Source of the DNA: Monocercomonoides exilis PA203
Lineage: Eukaryota; Protista; Preaxostyla
Assembly (NCBI GenBank): GCA_001643675.2
Contig: LSRY02000055.1
Span: 372,001 to 436,000 of the forward strand
DNA length: 64,000 nt
Direction of reading: 5' to 3'
In this document: positions 50,061-61,039 of the stretch, piece by piece
How positions within the stretch are numbered: the stretch's first letter is position 1
Layout of the letters: every line of letters begins with the position of its first letter
Notes under the pieces: generated by a model
Told to the model about the DNA's origin: nothing
The model's input: the letters and a program-made list of their open reading frames with translations, nothing else
Database searches by the model: none
Made by a program: the position numbers and the translations under genes

Positions 50061-51912
50061 TATTAACGGCTCCATTTTTTTATTGGCACCAAATTTTTGA
50101 AGAGAAAAATGTTTAAAATGCAAATTTTTATAACAAAAATAACAAAATTTGGATAAAAATTATTTCATATTTTTCTCTTTGCAGTTCTTTGATCTGAATC
50201 ATTTTCTTCGTTGATATTATCTTCATCATCATGTTAATTTTTTTGAAAAACTCTTTTCTTCTTGGACTTTAACGGAAGGACTTTCTTGATATTTTTTATT
50301 TCTTATTCCGCTTCATCATATTTCATTCTTATTCGATTGAATAAATCCTTTTCCACATTTCTAAAAGCACATCATTTGTTAGTACTTTACAGTAAAAATC
50401 AAGTCTGTTTGAGTCAGATGGCTAAGTATAGGAAAAGAATTTTGGTTATTTACGTAGAATAGGGCTAGAAGATTTGAACAAAATATCACTAACTTCGATG
50501 TTATTTTTAATGAAGGACAGGGCAAATGCCGAGTGAAGAGCTTAGTGTAATACATCTGCCAATACCTTTCAATTTGGCGAAGAAGTTGAAGAGTGTGGGA
50601 TTACGATGGATGAGCTCAAAACAGATTTTAGAACGGTAAATATACCTCTATCAAAGGATTAGGAAATGAGTGTGGTACACTTAAAATAATTCTAATTCGA
50701 AATTAAAAAATTCTTATTCGAAAAATAATAATTCGATTTCGAATTTAATTTTTGACAGTATTTTTTCTATTTCATGATGATGGATTTCAGTGAATAGTAT
50801 GTTGTACAGTTTGTGCAAAAAATATTGGACAAGATCGATATCTCAATAACTGTAAGAGAAATAATTCTGACAATTTTCCTCAAAATACATCCCATCAACA
50901 CAAACTCATTTGATAAACAAGACTTTGAAAGCAGCTTCATTTGTGGTCAAAAATATCAATTTTTGAAATTTCGGAGAAACGTGATTTTGAGTTTCTCTGA
51001 GATTTTATAAATTATTTTTTTTCTGAGCACAAACGAGTAAATAATAAAAGTTATGAATATCAATTGAGTTTGCATTGATGGGATGTATTTTGAGGAAAAT
51101 TGTCAGAATTATTTCTCTTACAGTTATTGAGATATCGATCTTGTCCAATATTTTTTGCACAAACTGTACAACATACTATTCACTGAAATCCATCATCATG
51201 AAATAGAAAAAATACTGTCAAAAATTAAATTCGAAATCGAATTATTATTTTTCGAATAAGAATTTTTTAATTTCGAATTAGAATTATTTTAAGTGTACCA
51301 CACTCATTTCCTAATCCTTTGATAGAGGTATATTTACCGTTCTAAAATCTGTTTTGAGCTCATCCATCGTAATCCCACACTCTTCAACTTCTTCGCCAAA
51401 TTGAAAGGTATTGGCAGATGTATTACACTAAGCTCTTCACTCGGCATTTGCCCTGTCCTTCATTAAAAATAACATCGAAGTTAGTGATATTTTGTTCAAA
51501 TCTTCTAGCCCTATTCTACGTAAATAACCAAAATTCTTTTCCTATACTTAGCCATCTGACTCAAACAGACTTGATTTTTACTGTAAAGTACTAACAAATG
51601 ATGTGCTTTTAGAAATGTGGAAAAGGATTTATTCAATCGAATAAGAATGAAATATGATGAAGCGGAATAAGAAATAAAAAATATCAAGAAAGTCCTTCCG
51701 TTAAAGTCCAAGAAGAAAAGAGTTTTTCAAAAAAATTAACATGATGATGAAGATAATATCAACGAAGAAAATGATTCAGATCAAAGAACTGCAAAGAGAA
51801 AAATATGAAATAATTTTTATCCAAATTTTGTTATTTTTGTTATAAAAATTTGCATTTTAAACATTTTTCTCTTCAAAAATTTGGTGCCAATAAAAAAATG
51901 GAGCCGTTAATA

Positions 51913-51953
<41 letters not shown>

Positions 51954-52364
51954 TGACCTATAAAAATAATAAAATGCACTCTTTTAAAAAAAGCACTGAT
52001 TATTTAACACTTGTTAATAATTACTGAAAAAACTGGAAAAATGTTTTATAAAAAATGTTCGATACGACTCTAAATTACTGTTTCGAAATTGAATTATTTT
52101 TGCGTATGCGATTCAAAAATAATGAGCAAACTCAAAAAAATGTTATGTACTCATATAATTAATTGAAATGATTGCTTTTAATGTGAAAAATAAAAGAAAA
52201 ATATTCCATTGTTCATTAAAAAGTATTACAAGACAGTTTTTAATGAACAATAAATGCCTTTGTACTCGCAACATTTTTAAAAACAATTCTATGTGAAAAG
52301 ATAGCTTACACAAAACAAATAGATATTTCCTGCTTTTTCACAAGTATCTCTAAAGCACACCTCA

Positions 52365-54239
52365 TTAACAGAATTCAAGAATGTGTGAACAAGGACTTGA
52401 ATGCGAGTTACTATCAATCTTTAGCTTTCTCATCCCCAGATGACCTGTCGTCACGCTGAACAACTCTCCAGTTGATGAAAGGGCTCCTGTTCCAATCGCG
52501 CTCTTATCTTTGCCTTTCCCAATGACCGAAATCTTCTTTGTCCCAATCTCAATAGTTGTTGCCTCGCTTTGATGATCCCCTTCCATCAATGTGATTGTCA
52601 AGCTAATCTGCACCTCACACATCTCAAGTGCCTTCTTCACTGTCAGACACGGATTTGATTCATTTGCCCCACACAGCTCATATCCATCACTCCCTTTCAC
52701 TGACACATAAATTGTCTTGTCCTTCAGCCAATCCATTTTCATTGTTTGATCATATGTCCAAACACTTGCATTTGCATAATTGTATGCAAAGCATATTCTC
52801 TTATCATCTGTGTTTGTGGTATAACATTCATAAAATGGATTTCCTGACTCTAAATACAGATTGTATGTATCGACATACTCAACGTCATGTCCGCGTGGAT
52901 TATTTATATCTCTGCAACTGCATTCATGAAAAAATAAGAAGAAGCAATAAGTTTCGTTGACTGGCTTTTCTGTTTTTTCTGGTCTGAAAAACAATCCTCC
53001 TCCCTCTCTTAATGCTGAACATGAAATAAACTGAATGCTCCTCATTTTGAATGCTGTAGGAATATTGTAACAATACATGCCTCCACCGCCTGTGCTTGTA
53101 AGTGAACATGAAGTGAAACTGCAGTCAAACACACACGCACTCTCTCCTCCTCCATTTTCTGTTCCAATACAGTTTGTTTCCGAAACCTGAAAATTTTCAA
53201 GAAAAAGTCCTCCTCCATTGTAAGTCGCTTTGCATTTCTGGAATTCACATCCGCTGATCCGAACACACGTTGAAATCGTATAAACGAACACTCCTCCTCC
53301 CAAATAATTTTGCGCAGTACACGAATCGAAGGTGTTGTTCACAATTTCAACCGATTTAATATTATAGCAACTAATACCTCCGCCACACCAATGCGCGACA
53401 CATTCATTGAATGCACAATGCGAAACTGAAACAGTGGCCGACGATTGACCATACATGAATATCGCACCACCGTTCGAAGCGCCATCGGAATATGTCTCAC
53501 CGTTTCCTGTTGCCTTCGATTCACTCCATTCGCACCAAGTGAATGTGTTTGCTCCATTGAATGTTTCGTTCTGTCTGTCTGGCTGTTTCTTATTATCTGC
53601 ATTTCCTTCACATACAACATTCCTTGTCCGACAACACCCAATAAATGATGTATTTGAGACTGTCAGAGAGGCATAGGGATTGTTGAGGGAAGGGACAATT
53701 CCTCCTTCATACGCATCACACACTGATGAAAATGAACAACTATTCATAAAACATGTGGTTTGGACTGACGTAGTCGTTGAAGGTGAACATGCATCATTTG
53801 CTGTTGAGATATTGAAAAATGTCAAATGAGAGAGGGATATTAGGGGAATGGAAGGGGATGAGAGGAATGGGGCTGATGAGACACAAAAAGAAGAGAATCG
53901 TGATTCACTCACCGAAATACTCCCTTCAATGCCTTCTCCATATCCACCTCCTTCTCTTCCTCTTCCTCTTCCCCTTCCTCTTTCTCCTTCTCCATCACCT
54001 TTTTCTTCACCTCCACCCTTCTCCCCTCCATATCCCTTCCCTCCAAACAGCCTTCCCGAGTATATCTCTCCCCCTCTTCTCCATCCTTTCAATGTGATGT
54101 TTGTCAACACCCCAATGCTCCCACTCAGATCAAATGCCCCTCCCTCATTGTCCTTCCCCATCTCCACAACGCACCCTCTCACCACAACCACGCTCCCCTT
54201 CCTTCCACACACTAAACAACAATTATCATCATTCTCCAA
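52365..54239 (-). pseudogene. Cassette F': copy retaining the longest N-terminal region, including a Gly/Glu/Arg-rich linker
   Basis: 624-aa frame starting at TTG, just downstream of an in-frame TAA (IFEGKWKS*VELNQISLENDD). The middle ~500 bp is almost identical to cassette A. Confidence 0.85.
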
Positions 54240-57200
54240 TGATATTTGGTTTAACTCAACTTATGACTTCCACTTCCCCTCAAAAATTATTCATCATCTT
54301 CCCTTTTTCCCACTCTTCTTCAAATGTTCCTCAAAACATTCTCTCTTCAAATTCCTTTTTCCTCGTTTTCCTCTCTATTCATTCCTTTTCAATCAATTTT
54401 CTAATTCATTCCTTCTTTTTCTCAAATTCTTGTCAGACTCCTTCTTCAGCCATTTCTTCAATTTCCCTCTCTCTCTTCTGTCTCATCATCCCCTTCTTTT
54501 CAATCCGCCTCATTAATCCTTCAAATATCCCCGATCATATTCATTTCACTGCTCACTTCTGTCATCGTTTCACATTCTTCTCCAGATCTGTCTTTTCTCA
54601 ACTCCATGTGCTGGCATGGGTGCTGAATGTTCCCTCAAAAATTCAAATCTCCCAAAACCAAATCATATAAATCAATAAATATTTCTCACATACACACCAA
54701 AAATATATAAAAATAAGAATAAAATAAAATAAAATGATTGCAATTGATCAAACGAGAAAACTCAAATCCTCTGTTCATAAATTCATAGGATGCAACGCTC
54801 ATGCGTCTTTCTCTTCCTTCTCGCACTTTCCTCGCTCCTCACACGAAATGTCATTTTCTGTCTTCGGCTTCCTCTTCTTTCCCCACATCTCCACTCAACA
54901 TTATCAATTTTCTCAAAACCTTCTTTCCCATTTCTTCCTCTTTCCCTCAAAATGTTCTTCCTCCTCCTCCTCCTCTCTTCTTCTCTTCTTCTTTCATTTT
55001 CTTCCTCTGCTTGCAACACTAAACAGCAAGTGTCATCTGAATCTGATCATTCGACCTTCCCACAGCAAAAGACTGCTCCACTCTCCTGATGCTTCAGAAA
55101 CCACACTCGTCATGGCACTCCATCCAGATCGCTCCTCCCTCAGAAATATCGATCATTGCCAAAACGAGCATAGACATATTAATAATTTGCTTGTTGCAAC
55201 CAGGAATGGATTCTTCAGTTTGAATTCTTCAGAAAGAATAATTCGAACAAGAATGTGGATAACATTGGCAGGAAAGAAGTTTTCATTCAAATGCTTGCTT
55301 GGTAAAACAAAGAAGAAGCAGACTGTGCTTTGCTTGGTAGATCACCAGGCAAAATCATTATCTTTGTCATCCCCCTCTCTTCTTTTCTTTTCTTCTCTTC
55401 AATTCCCTCCCAAATCGATTCCACCATGCAGCACATCCTCCATCGAAACAATGAAAAAGATTCTCACAACAAAACATCACCTGCCAAAATATCAAATGGA
55501 CTCTTTCTTCCTCTTTTTCTTCTTTGCCAATCTTGCCTGCCGAACAAGAAATACCCACAATCAGAAATAAAAACAAGAATAAAGACCAGGAAGAGAAATG
55601 GAAAGGGAGGAGATGCTCTTTCAATCAAGGAGCATTGGGATTCAGTTGTTATTCGCCAGAAGAGGTTTTCTTCCCGAAGGCACTCGCCATATTTGTTGGC
55701 TTCATCTGGAAAGCAATGGATGAAGAACAAGGAAACATGAGCGTAAAAAAGATGATCACAACAGAAAAGGCGAAAAAGTTGATATATGCGAAGAAGGCGA
55801 ATAATAATATATGCCAAAATAACAAAGGCATATGTGCCATTTGAAAGAGGAAGAACGCGATTTTCGAAGAGAGACATCTTCGAAAATCTGTCTCGGGTAG
55901 ATCAAGAATCAGGCAAAGGAGCCAAGTGCTTCAAGAGTGCCCGTGCTTCTCTCTTGAAGTGCAGCTGCAAACAGCATCTGCCCACAGAACTCTCGACGCA
56001 AAAGCACGCTTCGAAAATGGAGAAGCAGAATATGTTGGAAGTTGTTTGAAGGTCGGCTCTCGGATTATCTGACTATCATGCATGACAAGACCTGCGAAAA
56101 GCTATGTGAGCGGTCGTGTGAAACAAGGAATACAGAGATGGCAAGCATGAGGGATGGATGATTAAGCAATTTTGGCGGCAGCATCCATTTTTGCCACATG
56201 AAGAGCACAATACACAGCTGTCTCCAGAACATGCGTTGTCCAGAAGAATTCCCACAGTCTCTTTCAGAATAGAAAGCGTTCACAACTTGTGCAAACTGCA
56301 AACATCTCTCCTGAGACATGTATCCTCGTGTCGGACAATTTGCAAATGTTTCTTCATCCATCTCATCATAGTCATCCCAGTTCCTTCTTCCTTCTTCCTT
56401 CTTCCTTCTTCCTTCTTCATTCTTCTTTTCTTTTCTTTTTTTTCATCGACGTCGTCACTGTCATCTCAATTAGCTCCAAGCCCTGTCCACTTCAACTGAT
56501 ACGCGCACAGAAGACTGCAATAAAGATAGCGTTCCCGCTCTCAACAGAAGAATTCCACCTTCTCCTCGACCCCACCAGAAGAGGAGATTCCCCCACCTTG
56601 CCATCACGCACCCTCAATAAGATGGAAAGAAGGCACCCCAAACGCTAAATAGCCATGCCTCATTCTGCACTTTTCCCCTTCCTCCTTTTCTTTTATTCCT
56701 CAAATTCTTTCTCTCTTCTCTCTCACCTCCCCCTCCGTTCCCAACCTCTCTTTTCACAACACCCTGCCACATCTTCCTTCCCTGCCTCTCCTTTCCCTGT
56801 TCGCATTCAACCAGCCCGCCACTCTGCCCAGCTTCTTCCGTTATGTGCACACACATATATCTTCATCAGAGCATTCGCCTCATTGTGCGTTCCTGGGCAT
56901 GAGGCGCTACCCCCGATCCAGTGCCTCTTTTGCCGAGTGTGCATGCTCCGTCTGTGCACCCACACTCCACCACCACACGCATTTCCTTGTGATTCGCCTG
57001 CGTTCGTATCCTCTGCACACACAACATTCTGAGATTGAGGCACATTTGATGCACGACAAAATGAAGCTGATGGAAGGGCACCTCCAGCTGCTCCGCTTGC
57101 CCAAAAGAACACTGCTCCCCAGATGATATTTGCAGGTCGTCCTGAATAATGGATGTCGAAGGCAAAGACGAAGATGAGGACAAATGAAGAGCAAGGCTGA

Positions 57201-57529
57201 TGCTTGCAGTTGAAAAGTGGTTGCAGAGAAGCACAAACGGAAGGGCAGCCACCTCCAATGCAGTTCTCGCACTCGGCTTGCCTGTCTGTTGCCTGGTTCC
57301 CATCGCTGGCCCTTCAAAACACCCGATGCTTCTAAAAGCTTCCAAGAAACAGAGCAAAAACGAAAGACCCTCAAACGAAAGAACATCCAAACTCTATCTT
57401 CCAGACAATCTCTGCCAACTCCAAATCGAAGCAAAATAAACCACTTGTCAAAATCGGTGAACTTGTCGAATTTCTAATTCATTGAAGCCAAATGGAATAG
57501 ATCCATTTGCATATCTGCCTTGTGCATTC

Positions 57530-58200
57530 AGAGAAACAGGAAAACCTTCTAAATAAAACTGATATTTTGGGGCTCTCCTTTTTTCCATTGAATTCTTGCC
57601 TGTTTTAAGTAATAAATGTCTTTCCCTCGATATTGCCAGTTGCATTTTTTGCCCAAAAAAGCTTCTCCTTTACCTTATGTTCCAAAATTCTATATAATTT
57701 TGTGCAGGTTTTGTTCTTCACACAATTCCTTCTTTTCATCTTCATTCAATAAAACATCAGTCGAATTTGTTTTCACCTCTTGTTCCAAATAAAAATCATG
57801 TATCTTCCGTAACTTCATTTATTTCCCAATGCCTATATAATAATCTGCTCCGTTCTCATCGTATTGCTCCACAAAGCGGAGATTGGCCATTTCAACAATA
57901 ATTCGGATTCCTGCACTTTGGAGAGGATACAGATGGAAATATCTTCACAATCAATAGAACAATACAAAATACATACATTATGTCTTTTTGTGTTATTGAT
58001 GAAATTGTTGTATTTCTTCTATCTTCCAATTCTCAATAATCATCAGGCAGAATTTCAGCATAATTGCATCTCCACCATTGTCTGTTGTCACACAGGAAAT
58101 AATATTTCTAGCCCTACAGGCAATGTTCACTCACGGATTTCTCATTATGTGAATGGAATATTCCGTTTTTTCAAATCTGATGATCATTGAATCCATAACA
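57530..58200 (+). repeat. Partial fifth copy of the upstream module (distal part), not followed by a cassette
   Basis: Matches ~45830-46495 (aaacaggaaaacctt...gatcattgaatcca) with scattered differences. Confidence 0.85.
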
Positions 58201-58509
58201 AATAAAGAAAAACAGAGTTAAAGTGTTGATTTTCTTGAAAATTTCTTGCCAAAAAAAAAAAAACAGAAAATTGTTGGAGTGTAGGGTCCAAGTTTTGTAT
58301 TGACAAAGAGATTTTATTGCTGCTCATTATTTTTTCTCTCTGGTTGTGTTTTAGTTTTTCATGCAAATGTACAAAATGAGAATTTTTACTGGATGTTCCA
58401 TGGCTGTGGAAATGCGGGAGATGGCTGTCACCGAAAAGGACACTGGTTTGTTCACGTTGGATTTGTGTTTGAGTTTGTGATGAGTGGTTTTTTTTATTTG
58501 TTTATTAAA

Positions 58510-58664
58510 TTTCGAAGAATTGCTTTCTGGGCTTGGATGCTGGAATAAGGAAGAGCAGATGCAAAAAATAAAGTGGAGAATGAAGCGATAAACGAGATGG
58601 ATGAAGAAGAATTGAAATCTGTTTTCACGAAAGAAATGTTTGATAATATGAACAAAATGGTTGA
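58510..58664 (+). pseudogene. 5' fragment of the ARM-like family pseudogene, cut by the DIRS-like element
   Basis: Matches 19200-19353 (ttctgggcttggatgctggaataagg...aacaaaatggttga) and then stops abruptly. Confidence 0.8.
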
Positions 58665-59297
58665 TTCGCAATGGAGAGAATCAACAATCGCAAGGAGCAG
58701 GTTTGCTCCTTATTAATGAGTATTAATATAATTTATCGGTGATTTTTATCAAACTTCGCCTACAATTTAATTTCTTTACATACCATTGTCCGCAGGTTGA
58801 ATGACTCAAGATACTGTTAGAGTGCCAAATAGCGATGGTGAGGACAGAAGAAATGATTTGATTTACAGGCTTTCAAGGGTAGAAGACATGATTGAAGAAA
58901 TTTCAAGAAGCCAAACACTGCCAATGCAGTCTGGAGCTACGGGGATGCTACCAATGAGAAAAGTGAAGAGGGAACGAGCATGGAGAAGAAGCAGATCGAG
59001 ATCCAGCGAGTCGGAATTTGAATCAGATTTCACAGATATGATCACGAAGAAGAAATATAAACAGCCGTTGAGGAGCAGTCGCAAATTGAATCAAATGAAA
59101 AGACGGGATGAAGATAAAGACAGTGATTGTGTTTTCAAAGGAACAGAAAAGCTGGAATGAAAAAATAGATCGCAAGACTTTTCCAAGATTTTTCCCATGA
59201 AATGGTTGACACACAGGAGACAGGCGGGTTTGCTTGAGAAGTTCATGGATTTTTGTCAGGCTGGATCAATTAGAATGAATGAGGATATTTTGAATAT

Positions 59298-59989
59298 GTC
59301 AAAATATTTTTGAAAAGTTCCTTTTGTTTTATTTTCAAATAAAACAAAAATTTCATTATTCGATCAAATATTTGTTTCCACTCACAAAACAATACAGTCT
59401 AAACCGGATATAATCACGTCGAATATAATCACATTCGCATATAGTCACATTTTTCCATGCACCGACATTTTTGGCCTATTTTTCATTCATTTTCCATCGC
59501 ATATAATCACAGGGCTGAAAATATATAATCACATTTTTTATTATTATGGGTGATTTCTTCAATGAAAAATCGACTTTTTGATCAAAAATTACAATTTTTC
59601 GTTTTTTCAAAAATGTGCTCAAATAAGTCAAAATAATATGCGTTTGTGAAAAAAATTAATTTCGCAAGTTGAAAAAGTGTATTTGGATAGAATTTACAAA
59701 AATGAAAAAATCGACCCAATATTAATAATTTCAATAATTAATTTTTAATTTTTTCTGTGTTAAGCATCATCGTATATTATCACAATCGGATATAGTCACA
59801 AAAAGTTGTGCAAAAACCCATGTGATTGTATCCGGTTTAGACTGTACTCAAATCAATATATAAACATTGTCTAAATTTTATTTTCAAAATAGCAAAATTT
59901 TGTCAATGGGAACAAAAATTTTATTGAAATATGAAATTTTTGTTTAATTTGAAAATAAAACAAAAGGAACTTTTCAAAAATATTTTGAC
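59298..59989. mobile_element. Non-autonomous AT-rich element with ~60-bp terminal inverted repeats (MITE / foldback type)
   Basis: 59293-59356 is the reverse complement of 59931-59994 with one mismatch. The flanking duplication is TA or ATAT. Confidence 0.85.
59395..59844. mobile_element. Tc1/mariner-type MITE, 450 bp
   Basis: 23-bp TIRs CAGTCTAAACCGGATA(T/C)AATCAC, TA duplications at 59393-59394 and 59845-59846, and repeated internal ATATA(A/G)TCAC motifs. Confidence 0.9.
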
Positions 59990-61039
59990 ATATTTTCAAT
60001 CAAAAGAGCGAAAAGGAATTTTTCGCGTGAACCACGGATACAAGCTGGAACGCGCTTGCCAGGACAGCCATTACAACAAAGTGAAGAAGAGACTCACCAG
60101 AAGCTGTCCGGGTTATTGAACTGCTCCAACCCGCTCTCGAATCAGTGTTTGAAGCTGCCAAGGCGATTGCAGCCCTTCCAGCAAAGGAATAGAGGAGAAC
60201 GCGCTCAGAGGAAGAAAAGAAAGAGCGACTGAGGGGAATCTTCTGCTCATATGCCCTGATTGCAGACTGTATCAGCCGCATCAACTTGTTGAAAGTTATA
60301 CCCCAGTCAAACTGGTAGAGCGCGAAAGGCTTTCTTGAAAGATGAATGACCAAGGAAGTGCCAGAGAATCTTAAAAAGTTGGAAGAGTTCACCAGTGTTT
60401 TTCAAGCAGAGGGAGATGCAGCAGGATACGGTGCATCTCCCGACTCCACAACGGGTTTCGGGCCCACAACAGCCAGAGGGGGACTTCCGAGAAGATACAG
60501 TTCGGGACGGAGCACCCAAGGATTTGTATGCATACAGCTCCAGAGAAGAGGATACGAAAGGAGTTTCACAGATTTCAGTGGAAAGAAGAGAACGCGCCAG
60601 TTTCAGGCACAGTTTGTTCCAACCATCACAGGAAGGCCAGACCTTATCACTGGACCATTTCCCCCAGCTCCCTCAAGGATACCAGAGGGACAGCTGTGTA
60701 ATCAACAATCGGAGCCAACAAGAAGTTGTGAGAGTGGAGAGAGAAGAGAGAGACATGCTTTGCTGCGAGACAAAGATAAACAGAAGATTAACGAGTTTCG
60801 AAGAACCAGCGATTCGACAAGAAGAATCTCACAATCGAGAGATGGATAAAAAAATAAAGTCCGCGTGATATCTTGAGAATATCGGAAATGCGATTGCCAC
60901 ACTAGATCGCGAGAAGACAATAGGATAAGAAACCTCGGAAGATCGCGATATAAAAATTCGGAAAGAGAGAACAGAAGAATACTCCGTATATCTCCACAAG
61001 ACAGGACAAAAGAGCGATCGAAGATTCGAGAAGGAAGAA

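Larger units (their letters stand above)
48100..53870. repeat. Giant palindrome P5, axis ~50,987
   Basis: ~50915 pairs with ~51058 (~142-bp spacer). ORFs 50262-50462 and 51511-51711 are mirrors. The 3' parts of F and F' are near-identical. Confidence 0.95.
58801..60868 (+). pseudogene. Gag-like ORF of the DIRS-like element, with stops and interrupted by nested TIR elements
   Basis: ORFs 58801-59160 and 60346-60849 are in the same frame and join (with a few nonsense codons) once 59298-59989 plus one target duplication is removed. The gag call rests on position only. Confidence 0.6.

Noticed and set aside
1-53870. All palindromes as fold-back read or amplification artefacts
   Set aside because: Arms carry substitution clusters, multi-base indels and wholly different cassette cores (D/D', F/F', B/B'), which artefacts do not produce. 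The near-identical inner arms of P2 and P4 still deserve read-level confirmation.
3004-57645. Numerous short ORFs in the track (antisense to cassettes, poly-F/K/E/C/N peptides, 242-aa ORFs at 34508 and 45028, 278-aa ORF at 54734)
   Set aside because: They are shadows of real frames or products of low-complexity purine/pyrimidine tracts. Many start at TTG or GTG, and none has a recognisable domain.
59401-59800. CRISPR-like array of ATATAATCAC repeats
   Set aside because: The repeats are ~10 bp, irregularly spaced and lie inside a TIR-bounded MITE in eukaryotic DNA, with no cas genes.
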